Shown in pieces: positions 51,522 through 64,000 of a stretch of DNA of 64,000 nucleotides; position 1 is the first letter of the stretch, and each line of letters opens with the position of its first letter. Origin of the DNA: Lama guanicoe (taxonomy: Eukaryota); contig MU056000.1 of NCBI GenBank assembly GCA_013239625.1, forward strand, positions 9,110,970 through 9,174,969. Direction: 5' to 3'. The notes under the pieces were generated by a model. It was not told the DNA's origin. It ran no database searches and was given only the letters and a program-made list of their open reading frames with translations. Position numbers and translations under genes: made by a program.

Positions 51522-54189
51522 AAAACGTTACTGTCACTCCATGTGTCATTCATGTTGCATCAGCTTTCTAATCTTGCTCCATATCTCTCCAAACTACACT
51601 ACATAACTTGCTTTCTTGTTCCATTGAATATCTTATTTCCTTATACACAAAAGTGTCAAAACCTCTTAAAATATTTGCCGTCATCATGGTCCCTCTATTT
51701 GGACCTATGGATGGTGTATGTCAACTCAATCTATGAACATTTGGACCACTAAGGAGATACATTCTCTAATTCTATTTGCTCTGTTTTCAATGTTTTTTTA
51801 AATCACAATTTAAATTTCTTTAGGACAGGTAGTGTCCCTGTTTAAAACCTACGCTTTCTGGGACTGGCAAATAACAAGCTCAGTGCAAAGCTAGGGATCT
51901 TCTCAGTGGGCTACTGGGGGTTTGAAGCCAAGATCCACTTTTGACTACTCACCATAGATCACTGGTAGACTAGAAATCCGTCTGCAAGCAACTTGGTATT
52001 TCTGTTCCTATACAGTTCACAGATTTGGAATGAAAGATTAACCGAAATTTTTACATAGAAATCTAAGAATATTCATACTAATCGTTACTGTCTTCAAGTT
52101 TGCAAAAGCTCCAGAAGAACTGTGTTTTTCAGATAATCTCCATAGATTTATTTAATGAAGCTTTCATTCTTAGTTTCTTCAGTTACTGGAATCCTTAAAA
52201 ATGTGTTAAATTTGCATTTGTTATTATTTATTGTATTTTCAGAAAAAAGATCAATGTTTTGAATATTAATTACAGGTAGATCATAGTTTAAGAGTTACAT
52301 GGCCGGATTTCATGTTAATATTTCTGACGTCAGGTTGTGCATATGTTTAATCGGAACTATTTTTTTCAGGTAGTGACAAATTTTACATTAAATGCCATTT
52401 CAAAGTCAATGAAATAAAATATTATTTATTATTAAATTTTACTGAATGTACTACAAAGATAAACAGGGTTAAAATACGATGAAATGCAAATTTGTAATCA
52501 TTGGACAACTGAACCTGCTACTGGAAAGATATTGATGAAGCAGAAAACTATGCAAATACTGTGCATATATAAAAAATGAATTTTATTAGAAAAGTGACCC
52601 TAGGTCCTGTGATAAGTCTGAAATGATCATAGGTCTTGTATAAGCAACCTCAATTTTGCATAACGCTCAAAGCTTCCCTCTCATTAATTTATTGAATTGT
52701 CGTAAGATAAGAATTAAATTGTAAGTTTTATTAGAAGCATTCAGCTTAGTAGCTAAAGAAGAGAAAGAGAAGAAAATTATGGGGCTATCATTCAAAGTTG
52801 CTCTCTCCTTTGTAAAAACTGGAAAAAGTCACAGTAGAGATGAAAAGTTATGACAGTTATTCTCAGACAAAAAGTAAAACCAAATTTGGGGGAAAATTCT
52901 TGTGTCTAATGACATGTATTGTTATTCTATGATATTAAAGTTGTAAGGTAGAAAATATTACACTGTGTTCCAGAAAAAAAGTTAGAGCTTGATGGAACCT
53001 TCAATATTCAATGCTTGGTGTGGTGGTGGGAAGTACTTGAGGAATAGTATTTCTCAAATATTCTCTTTACAGAGAAAATCGAGATATAGGATTTTGTGAA
53101 CTGGGACGCAGAGAGTATTCGTTTATGTATTGAAACACCAGAGGTAAATATAGCAATAAAAGTCACTGTGAGGAGAAAAAATGCATTTATGTCTACATGT
53201 CAAATCACACACTATTTTATATACATTCAGTAGCTAATCATCAATAATTTGCCCCCGATCTTGATTTACTTTTGAAAAATGTCAATCACAGTGCTTTATT
53301 ATATATTATTTCAATATGCCGTAAAAATAAAGAAAGAAAGACAGAGAAAGGGGACAATCAGTGAACAACTCTGTTTTCCTCACTCTGAAGTCTACTACTC
53401 ATCAAAATTCATACATGAGTTTTGAAATGATGATTGAAATACCACACTGAGTTTCTCAGTGTCAGCAACTACCATTTATATAATTTCAAGTATATTCCAA
53501 AGGCATCAAACCTGGTATACATCAGAGTTACATATTAGCATCTTGAGAGATCTAATATACCAATTTAAGTCAGAGAAAACTTGAAGACAACTTAAGGACA
53601 AATTGTGACCCACAAGGCTAGATTTCCAGGATTTCAACTCTTTCTAAAATCGCTGATCTCTTAAACATATCAGATCTTTTAAAATGATTAGAAATTATTG
53701 GCATAATTAAAGTTTCTTAAAATATTTAGTTGAAAATTAATAATTACTTTGTAGAATCAAAAGCAAATTGTGTTAGAAATTCAGTCCTTGATTTTCTGTT
53801 TTCTCCCAATTTGAAGGTGCCATCCAGATTTTGAAAGAAATTTGTTTCCAGAGTATCCATTGGTATCTTTCAAGGGGTCTTTAGCAAGAAAAATCTATTT
53901 GGTTCTCGTGTCCATGTTATGTTTATCTTTTTACTCAGGGCTCTGTGGTTTTCAATTCTCTATATCCCTTCTCCTTGGTGACTATGCTGTTCTTAGATTT
54001 CAAAGTTATGGCATCTTAATACCATTTAATTTTTACAAGGACAATTTGTAACTCATAGAAGAGGGACAGAGGTATTTACATTCAACTTAGAGGAGGTTAT
54101 GCCAGGCACTTATGGCAAAAGCAAAGGGCTCTGGACGTTTGAAGGGAGTGATCATGTGTTATGGGATAAGAGGAGATCACTGTTGAGAG

Positions 54190-54360
54190 CAGAGGTCCTC
54201 AGATGTAATCTGTGAGCTAGCAGCATCGATATAATCTAGGGACTTTTAGAAAAATAAATTCTAGGTCCCACTTAGAACAACTGAACCAGGGTTGTGGTGG
54301 CAAGGTCAGCAATTTGTTTTAACAGGCCCTCGTGGTAATCCTGAGGCATGCCAAAGTCTG
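54190..54360 (+). mobile_element. MER5A
   Basis: 'cagaggtcctcaga...agcagcatcg...ttagaaaaataaattctaggtccca...gcaatttgttttaacaggccctc.tggtaatcctgaggcatgccaaagt'. Confidence 0.75.
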
Positions 54361-55239
54361 TCTGCATAAGTTTATCTATAAAGACAGTGGATAATATTAA
54401 GAGAATGAGACTTTGAAGTCAAGATTTTTGCCACCTATATATTAGGCCCACAGAAATGCATGGCTGATACAGAATAGGTGAAAAATTCTAGAAAATGAGG
54501 AGGTTGAGAAATAGATTGTCAGACAGATTATATGTGTGACTCATCATTTCACCAAAATCACCATGAAAGTTCTAATGGAGAGAAACTCAGCAAGTCAGTA
54601 GCAAATATTTTCAATAAATCTGGAATAGCTGGGAATAAAGGATGCTTCAATGGATCTAGTGTTTTTAGAAAATAAGACAGGAGTAATATTCTCAAGCAAC
54701 AAAAATGAGCAATGGACACATCTATCCCACCTCCAGACATCATGTTACGTTGGGTGGAATGAAAACTAAAAACAAAAGCTAAAAACAACAACAAAAAAAC
54801 CCAGCTCGGAATGGACAAGTCAGTGGGAGAGAAGTGACTGAACATAGTAGACATTCCATCTCTTCATGAAATATATAGGTGTTTTTTTTCCTCTAGAGAA
54901 GTTTTTATTTTAGAAAATAAAATATTTGCCACCTGGAGGAAAGCATCAAATTATGTCCAGGGATCAAAATAGGGACTTTTTTCATGAAGTTGCTGTACAT
55001 AGAAAGAAGGAAACAAAAAAACCTCAAGCATGAATTAAAATATTTATAATTACACATTGCCATAGATCAGCCTATTACTTCATACAGAGCTTCACTCAGT
55101 TTTCACATAGTCAGAGATTCCTTTTTTGACTAATATCTAACAAATATGTTTTACAACCCTCTCAATCTCTTATTTTCTCAATCGCTTATCATCCAGATTT
55201 ATTTTGTACTCATACCACTTGCAGGTACCCTGCGTTACA

Positions 55240-55395
55240 ATACGCATTTATTTATTTGTTTGTACTGTCAGCTCAAACGTGAATATTTTATGTGGTTTTG
55301 GACTTTGTCTTTTTGTTCACTATCATTAATTCTCAGAGTAGTTTCTGCTACATGCTCAGCCCTTGGTTATTTTTGTTGGATTAATGAACGAACAC
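55240..55395 (+). mobile_element. L2 3' end
   Basis: 'ggactttgtctttttgttcact...tttttgttggattaatgaacgaa'. Confidence 0.6.
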
Positions 55396-55779
55396 ATTAA
55401 TGACTGGTGTTGCTGCTGGAGTGATACGTCTTTCATTAGATAGCAGGGCATATTTACTTTCATATCGGAAGCCACTGGAGCTGGCAATTATATCTAAGTT
55501 CTATCCACTGCAATATTTTAAAACATTCTCTGGGGAAATGCTATGCCACTCTCATTAGATCATCAAAGAGATGTATGAGGGGAAGGAAAGAACCATTGTT
55601 TAGGGAAAATAAATTTAAAAACAGAGCAATGTCCTTAAAATCATGTTTATACATATATATACGTATCATATATACATACATAAACTATAAAGGTAAACAT
55701 ATATATAAATGCATAGAATATTGTTAAAGGTGGTTTCCTCAGATGAGATATCATTTGGTTTTTATGTTTAATAAATCAT

Positions 55780-56160
55780 AAAATAATACCGTGTATAAAT
55801 GATACAATTTTACATGTTTTACTATCATGTTTATTACCATGGCTTGCTTTTTTACTCAGCAATATGACAGAGACATAATTCCATGCATGACAATAAATAT
55901 GGACTAAATTTATCCTATTTAACGGCTCCGTATTACAATGCTTGTTTCTATCATAATACCGTTAACTAATATTAAGTGCTAGACGCCTAACTTGTTTCCA
56001 AAACCATACAATAAACAATGCAAAAATCTATACAGTTGAATGATTTTTCTATTTGTGATAAATTCTGTCATGACCAAAAGCCTCCGAAATAGTGTACAAA
56101 ATTTCATTTTCTGCTCTTTTTACATCACCACAATTTCTGAATTCATTATTTTAATAACTT
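55780..56160 (-). mobile_element. L1ME4-like fragment
   Basis: 'cttgcttttttactcagcaatat...ttccatg...tttaacggct...ttgtttcca...aaacaatgc'. Confidence 0.5.
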
Positions 56161-56829
56161 TTACTATGAGAAATAAAGCAGAGCCGAAATGAAGATTTGG
56201 AGATGTTCAGACTTGTGTGAGGTTTAATGGGAACTCAGTCATAGCTACTGTTCCAAACAACCCTGAAATACAAGAGCCATAGAACACAGAATCCACTGAC
56301 CGCGATATTTGACTGATGACAGTAGATCAAGGTCAGTCACTGCGATGAAAGCTATTTTATGCAAAGAAGATAAAAATGTAAATACATTCTACATCTGTAT
56401 TAATGTTACTGACTTGATAAGTGTCTCAGGAAAATTTATTTTCTTCATTGCTAAATCAGAGTTAATCACTTACTGAGGCTCACGGTGAAGATAACACAGG
56501 AAAACAAATACTAGCTGCAGATTCTGCAAAGTAAACAGATACTCAATGGATTTTCACTGTTATTCCCACTGCACTCCCACTTTTGTAATAAAAAGAAAAA
56601 TACAATCATTTCGGGTCAGATAATCTGTTTTTTAGTGCAAAATAGTAATTGGAGCATAATACAAAGATGTTTAGATTATTAATCTTGGCAGAATTAGAAC
56701 TAATTTTTTTTTAATTAAAAAAAAACAACTAAGTTAAATCAGTCACTTCCTAAGTTAAGCTCACTTTGAGAATGAGTCTTCAGAGTTTGACAGTTGCTAA
56801 TATCTCCAGGGTGTTATAACTTAGGGTAT

Positions 56830-57135
56830 GTGGCTAACTCTATCTATTCATGCCGTCCTTTGCTGGAACTATCAGCCACATGGCCAGGTTCATTCTAAGA
56901 TAAGTTCACCTGAAGACTGCAGGGTGGCCACCTGTCGTAATCAAGGAAAACAACTTGAGGCAAGTCATGACAGCCTGACCTCCCAAATGCCTTTCCTTGT
57001 AAGAAAGACTTTCCCCAACATGCCAAGCAAACATTGTCTGTCGATGGCTAGGTCTGTGGTACATGCCTATTCATGACCAAACTCCTAGCAAAATGACTCA
57101 TTAGAACAGCCATAACCCTTCCTGAGACATGAAGT
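56830..57135 (-). mobile_element. Old MaLR LTR (MLT1J/K-like)
   Basis: 'ctttccccaac...gcaaac...atggctaggtctgtggtacatgcctattcatgaccaa' resembles antisense MLT1J/K. Confidence 0.45.
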
Positions 57136-57714
57136 TTCCCTTATTGTCCTAAACTCCTTGAAAGTCCTCAAAACACATCCAATAATGAGTTGGCTCATTG
57201 CTTTATTTCCATGAAATCAGACTTTAACATCTGAGAAAAAGACCCCAGATGCTGGTTTTAAAATGCAGTTTAAGCAGAGCAGCACCCTAATTCCAGAGTG
57301 CAGATCTGAAAAGAGAACCATCTTTTCTGCATACACTTCCATGGCAGGGCTGCAGGGAATGAATAGTGCTTTTATTGTCTCTGTGGACCATTTAAGTTTT
57401 TCCTGTAGCTGAAGGAATATGCTGTTATTAAACTGTTCTCTCTGCATCAGTTTTATTAAACTAAAACTATAAAATTATAACTATAACTATAAAACTAAAA
57501 ATAAAAAATTATAAGGGAAAATGATAATGGGGTAAAAAATAAACAGATGGTATCACTGAGTGCAACAGATATTTCAAAGTGTTGCTAAATACATGGGCAA
57601 TAAAATCTATGATCACCTGAGTTAATTTTGCATGTTAATTGTCAGTGAAATAAATATTATTTGATCCATTCCTGGGAAATAATCAAAAAGTATTTCCTAA
57701 GATTTGTGCTGCGA

Positions 57715-57741
57715 AACACACACACACACACACACACACAC
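57715..57741 (+). repeat. (CA)n microsatellite
   Basis: Directly visible. Confidence 0.92.
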
Positions 57742-60700
57742 TCAACTACAATTGAATTTGTTTTATTTCTTTTGTAAACCTAAGATAAGAATGATGTATT
57801 TGGTCATAACTTTACTTCAGAGAAAATTTGCTAAAGTGAAATGAATGTCAGTCATGCGATTTATATGATTCCTGATCACACGTGTGCATGTGAAACACAA
57901 AATTTTAGGGCAGGCCATGATTTTAAACTGGAGTTCCACAGCATATACTAGTTGGTATCTTAAGAATCCTTTAAAGCCTTCTTATAAATATTAACTTATT
58001 GTTCAGTGACTAATATATCTAGAAAAAAGCTAGACATTTTTATCTTCAAATTATTGTGAGAAACATCAATTTTAATTTAAGAATGGATTTAGGGAAACAA
58101 TGCAGTGTTAGGGACGTTTTAAATTGAAAATAAAGAGCAACAAAGAGAAACAAAAAACATTTTTAAATGTCAAAAACAGATTGTGAATAAGTTAAAGAAC
58201 TGGTAAAACAACTGTCTTATTTTCCAGTATTTGAATAGGACTTTTAATGGGTTTTGATCCATTGAATTTCTTCTCATCTCTTAGTTGAGGTTTTTGTTTT
58301 GTTTTTGTTTCCACTTTGCCTGAATTCATGGACTCAGAAAGAGAGCAAATGGAAACCTTTCTTGTATCTCATTATTTCATTATTTTCACCCAAATCCTGA
58401 GGAGTGCAGTAGAGCATGGTGGAAGGGAAAGGGTGGTGGCCATGCCCACCCAACCATATTTGCTTCCTATGACTTGACACCATGCCAGGGTGTTCTAACA
58501 GATGAAGAATGCTGGCCCAACTCTATGTCCCAGGACTTTCTGCTACAATGCCTATCAGTGAACATCTTAGATGCCATAGGACCAGCTCTCCTGCTATTTT
58601 AGAACTTCACAAAGATTGTGTTTCCAGCTGGTGGAAAAGTTAAACGAAAGAATAAAGTTGTGATTTCAGTGAAGTGTGGAGGGCCCCATAGCTTGCCGAC
58701 CCCTCATCTGGGAATAACATATTTATATATAGTACAATTACTTGCTATAATTACAACCAAGTATTAGTTGAAAATACCTCAAACTGTAACATGTAGAGGC
58801 AGTGAAATATATGGTCCAACCACAGACCAGAGTTTTAGTCAGAAATCTGAAGTCCAGGAGCAATAGAATCAAGTTGAAATGTTAGGAATTTTGCACTATA
58901 GTTCAAAGGTTGTCTACATAGAGAAACAGAGGACCATTTAACATTCTTCCCTTGCTTTGTATAGTTTCTTCTTGTGAGGAGGGAGAAGAGTGACTACATA
59001 AAAATTCCTATATTAATAATGTTGTCACAAACATATGAATGAAGACTTAACACATTTAAATGTTTTATCCTGATACATATTATGGATATTTGAGTTTCAA
59101 CATGGAGCAGTGATAGTCAAATGACAATATAATGTCTCAGAGAGGTAAATAACGGTGCAATGATCTTTCTTTCAACTATCATCTCTCACATGAGCCAGAA
59201 AAATGCAGTTTCTATGAATCATAGGAAGGAAAAAATAGATAAGAAAATGAGCAAAATTTGCATTTTAAGTAAAAAATTTCTGTGTTGCCTATTTATTGGA
59301 TATTAGGGTTGAAACATTATTAATTTTTATCCCTACAGCTCAGTAAGGGTAATTAAAGTCATAAGAATATACATAAAATATTCACTTGAATAACATATTA
59401 AGTCATAAGTTCATTGTTCCAAAGCAGAAGACTTAAAATATAGTTTTTATGCACATATTGGGGCCTGACCAATGAACCAAATCAAAAAAGCTAATGAACT
59501 GAGTAATCTTAAGAGGGATTAATTAGGTTGGTAATTATACATTATGAATTGAGAAATTAAAAAGCAATAAATTATTTTGGTAGCAGATAATAGCGATTGA
59601 CAACTTGTCATAAATTCTCATAGTATTTATTATAATAACATTAATCATGCACAGCTGTTCTGCTTTTTGGGTAGTTATAAGAGTAATTCCATAGAATTTT
59701 ATTCAAAAACAATGTTCTGTTCTCAAGAGGGGAGCTGAATGTATAATACTAAGAAATATAAGATTAGCTTTTCATCTGCTCATAAATTAGTTTCAAAAAG
59801 AGGAGACATTTTTCTAGGTGATGCCTTAAATAAATCTCTGAAAAACTGCAATACTAATGTGAGCAGTACAGAACTCAGTATATCTTATTATTTAGCAATA
59901 CATATCAATTTTGTTAGCAGAGAAGATCACAGTGTGAATTGTGAATTCCAGTGTTGTCCAGCTCTGAGAAACAATATAACGTTCACTTTAACCAAAAGAA
60001 TTACACAATTGTGTTGTAAGGTTAATTATATATTTGGATTAGGCAGTTCTTCCCCCTATTTAATATTTCCGCCTTAGCACACAGGCAGCCACTTACTCCC
60101 CAAATACTGGATTATTGGGAGGCACACATCTAGTGCTTCTTTCTCTTATGTTCAGTCTTTGTTTCCCCCTTAAATTCTGCTATTTAAGTGGATGGGTAAA
60201 ATTCACGCCCCTATGGCCTCTGCTTACACTATGTTACGCACCATATTTTCACACTGAGCTAGATTATAACGGTGATCGGGGAGATTTCTGACTTTGGATA
60301 CCATCTGAAGAATTTTCAATTACTTGCTTGCTTCTTAAAATTCAGATAAAACTTATTTGTGAAATCCTCTGCTACAGGTGCATTTTAGAATGCTATTTTT
60401 TTTTTTGCCAAATGATATGTAGTCCAGAGGATTCACTGCAGTAATTTATATTTTACAAAAAAAATTTCCTGTTATCTCCAAGTTCCAACATGTCATAGGA
60501 TTAGATAATAATTGTTAGTGGTAATACGTGTGTTTGTGGTAAATCTCTTTCAACATTCTTAATTTTGCACATTTTTGCACTCTCTCTTACACCAGACTAA
60601 TCAGTAATTTATCTAATAAATAATTGGAATTTTTTAAAGAAACAGGTTATTATTTGTCCATTCTACTATGCCTTGTGTGGTTCATTAATTTCACTATTTA

Positions 60701-61079
60701 CCTTCATTAGTTCCCCCATCTTAGTTTCTTTTGGTTTACATTGTTGTGCTTTTTTGTAATTTCCTAACGAAAGTACTTTTTTTTTTTTTTAGTTCTCATA
60801 ACTAGCCATTTCTTATACAATAAAATAAGGTTGGCATACTTGAATTGTTAAGCTTATTTTTCTGAAATCTTATGTTAAAATTGGGAATTGTATTAAATGA
60901 ACCATGTGGCTCCTTAAAAAAAGAAAATAATTCTTAAAAGGTAAAGACAGTGGGAAGCATCCAACAGCAGACGGAAGTCAGCAGTGAGTTTGCTACCATA
61001 GAGATGCAACCGCAAGGAGAAGAAATGAGTACACTTTTATACAAAAGACAATTTTTATAATATCCTCATAAATTAAAAT

Positions 61080-61445
61080 AACCGACTAAAACAATCATTA
61101 AAACTGGTAAATAATTTAAGGTAAATTATTGCTATGGAGTAATACACAAAATTAAAATGAACAATTATTGCTGCACAAAGTGGCTGTAAGTTGTGTAAGA
61201 CTCAAACATATACTGAGAGTGAAAAATAAAAGCTAGACAAAAGTGTATTATAAAATAAAAATTAAATAAAACTAAATTGGGCCATGAGAAAGCAGGACAG
61301 TTGTCATCTTTGGGGAAGTCTGAGGTTTGTTTCTACAATGTCTTCAGGCACTGAAGATGTCTATCTTTTGATCTGTTACAAGATGAGTTTATTTTGAGAC
61401 AATGTATCAAGTTGCTTACCTATGATTTCTCTATTTTCCAGCATG
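61080..61445 (+). mobile_element. L1ME-type 3' end
   Basis: 'aaaatgaacaatta..gctgcac...actcaaacatatactgag...aagctagacaaaa...caggacagttgtcatctttgggg...tctatcttttgatctg'. Confidence 0.6.
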
Positions 61446-61999
61446 TGGAAAACAACAGTGGAAACCTCAGCTTCTGTCATTCAAGGTGCCAGAAATCAGG
61501 GTTTACGTGGGGGAATTTAAAGAAGGAAATTCTGGTAGCAAGGATATCACAGAACACCACAAATTTTGAGCATATGCTCTTTACAAATCTCTTGCTATTA
61601 TGAATTGTGCATAATTAGGGAGACCCTTGGGCCCAACAGAGTAAGTAAGGAGAGACTCGGAGCTCCAAAGACAGAGCATGGGTTAAGATCAGTGAGGTTC
61701 TTGCTTTTATGACTGAGGGCACCCCTGAAGTCTGCAGCTCAGAAAGCAAACAAGCAGAAGCTCTCTGGTTTTATCACGTCAGACGACAGAATCTGAAGCT
61801 GCTGGACAGCTGTAAATTACACAGGCATCAGGGAGACGCCCCAGAGGGATGGGATAAGACATCAATGGTGGGAAACCATAGCAACACCGTGTATGTGTGT
61901 GTGTGTGTCTTTCTGTGGAATGCAAGGATGAAAAATTTTGCTGTTTAAGTCCAGGGAAACTAACTACCATCTAAAACAGCGGCTGCTGATGTGTATATT

Positions 62000-63290
62000 C
62001 AACTAAGTCCAATTTTCAACACAAAATTATTAGACATGGGAAAAAATAGGATAACGAGACATAAATTGAAGAAAAGAGGAAGATAATGAAAACAGAGTCT
62101 GAGTAGGTCCAGGCATTGGATTTAGCAGAGAAAGACTTCAAAGCATATATTTAAAGAATTAAAGGAAAATACACTTTAAAATAAAGGAAAATATGGATTC
62201 CGAAAAGGAATATCAAAAGAAAAGTTGAAATAATTTTAAAATGTTAAAGCTGAAAGTAGAATAACTAAAATTAAAAACATACTATTTAGGCTCATAGCAG
62301 ATCGGAGATAAAAAAAATATAATGTGTAACCTTAAAGACAGACTTAAAGGAACTACCCTCTCTGAAGAACAGAAAGACAAAGATTGGAGAAATAAAGATA
62401 GATTTCCATTTCCAACAGAATGTAACAGGAACTAGATTTACCTTTCTTCTTTAAACAACTAGAAAACCAAATAAAATACATAAAATGACGATTTTCAGAT
62501 ACTGCACAAGCAAAAGCGTAGAATAGTGATTGTTGAAAGGATTGCCTTAGACTACTACCTAAAAAAGAGTTTCCTGACCTCAGTACACAGTAAACCAAAA
62601 GGGCTTTGTGGTCTTGCTGATTTGAATAGAAAGAGTTTATTCACAGTCCAGGTCCAATTGGCTTAATTTTCAGCCCAGAGTAGAGAGGATGGAGCCATAG
62701 TGGGAAAACGATCAGAGATCTCTGCAGGAGGTCCTTAGGCTCTTTGACTGAGAACTGATCAGTACGTACGTGGGAAGAAACTCTGGAGAAAGAGCCACAA
62801 GGAGGAATTGTGATGAACTGAGTAATTCCTACAGGTCACACAGGGCTGAGGATATTCTGACACTCAGCAAGAAGAGGAAAATAAGCTATCTAGTAATCTG
62901 GGTATTGTGTAAACTCTTCAGAAAGTTAATAGCTAAGTTCTAGCCTAAAATCTGCTTCAGACTTGCCCTAAAAAAAACTTTCTTAGCTTCAGAAGTGATA
63001 ACAGTTATCCCAAGTAATTTACACACCAGAATGGCCCCCAAATGAGTGACCTAAATGACCAGTTTTAGAAACAAACAGCACAAACACATTAACACCAAAT
63101 GAAGCATAAAAAAGGAAGTAAGTATAAGTGCAGAAACCAATGAAGTATGAAACAGAAGAATAATAGGAAAAAAACAGAGATATCAAAAGATCACTTGAAA
63201 AAATCAATAACAATAAACATCTAGCCAGACTGATCAGCAAAAACGAGAGAAGAAACTTACCAGCAATGCCAAGAATGTAAGAGGGCACGT
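62000..63290 (+). mobile_element. Cluster of old L1M fragments (ORF1-like, 5' UTR-like and ORF2-like pieces)
   Basis: ORF1-like 'ttggatttagcagagaaagacttcaaagca' (~62120). ORF2-like 'gaaaaaatcaataacaataaacatctagccagactgatc' (~63200), recalling EKINKIDKPLARL. Confidence 0.6.
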
Positions 63291-63299
63291 CTCCCCTTA

Positions 63300-63772
63300 G
63301 GCACAGTTCACACCTTTGCATATGCATTCTGCTCTGTCTCATGTCAAGGTTGTGACCCATGATGCCTTTTTGTTTCCATTTACCTGGTTAATGCTATTCT
63401 TCATTCCTTTATTTTGCATTGAAATCACTGAACCACTTTATTTCAGGTGTGCCTCTTGTTAACAGTATATAGTTATTTGCCACCTTTTTTTTTTTTTTTT
63501 TTGGTGAGGTGTCTACTGAGGTCTTTAACTCATTTTTTAATCTGGCTGATTTCTCATTGTTCAGTTTTAAAAATTCTTTGTATATTTAGAATAATAGTTC
63601 TTTATCTCATGTGTCTTTTGCAAATATTTGCTCCTGGTCTATGATTCACCATTTCACTCTCTTGATATTACCCTATAAGCACATCAGACTTTTTGAGTTT
63701 TAATGAAGTCCAGTTATCTGTTATTTCTTTCATGGTACTGCCTATGATGTTGCTTGTAAAAAGTCATCACTG
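63300..63772 (-). mobile_element. Antisense L1M ORF2 fragments
   Basis: 'ttggtgaggtgtct...ttctttgtatattt...tcttttgcaaatattt...ttaatgaagtccag'. Confidence 0.7.
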
Positions 63773-63774
63773 TA

Positions 63775-64000
63775 TTGATTGATGCCCTTATCAGGAAAGG
63801 AAGAGACACCAGGAATGCCTGTGCAGAGAGGAAAGCCATGTAAAGCCACAGCAAGAAGGTAGCTTAACATCACAAGTTAAAGGCGGAGGCCTCAGGAGAA
63901 TTCAGATCTGCCAAGATTTTGTTCTTGGACTTTCGGTATTCAGACCTGTGAGAAAATACACTTCTGTGTTTAAGCCACCCAGACTATGACATTTGGTTAG
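63775..64000 (+). mobile_element. MLT1B LTR 3' part (runs off the window)
   Basis: 'ggaagagacaccagg...cacagcaagaagg...ggcctcaggagaa...cttggactttc...ctgtgagaaaataca...tttaagccacccag'. Confidence 0.85.

Noticed and set aside
57455..57515. aactat/aaaact-type repeat
   Set aside because: Short AT-rich slippage tract with no higher-order structure.
17724..64000. MLT1B 5' half (17724-17830) and 3' half (63775-64000) as one LTR split by a 46-kb insertion
   Set aside because: The consensus positions are roughly complementary, but the intervening DNA is full of older MIR/L2 elements and MLT1B is abundant, so independent fragments are far more likely.

Overview
AT-rich, CpG-poor placental-mammal genomic DNA that appears to be entirely intergenic or deep intronic. 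I can support no protein-coding exon. The listed ORFs are short and come from chance, microsatellites or decayed L1 ORF2. Two tRNA-Ala(AGC)-derived SINEs and two copies of a distinctive young L1 3' end point to a camelid genome (camel, alpaca or llama); this is inferred from recalled repeat sequences. The rest is old eutherian repeats (L1M, L2, MIR, MLT1/MLT2/LTR16 LTRs, MER5A/MER58A), microsatellites and a few unique CpG-richer patches that may be regulatory. The most striking structure is inside an old MLT1C-like LTR: a perfect palindrome at 47229-47353 (60-bp arms, 5-nt loop), immediately followed by a second 28-bp inverted copy. This is the pattern expected from a recent replication template-switch event. 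Other points of interest are a CpG-enriched old L1ME fragment and nested insertions with preserved target-site duplications (TSDs). Repeat subfamily names come from recalled consensus similarity, not a database search, and old-repeat boundaries are approximate (about +/-30 bp). I found no evidence for a novel multi-gene system.
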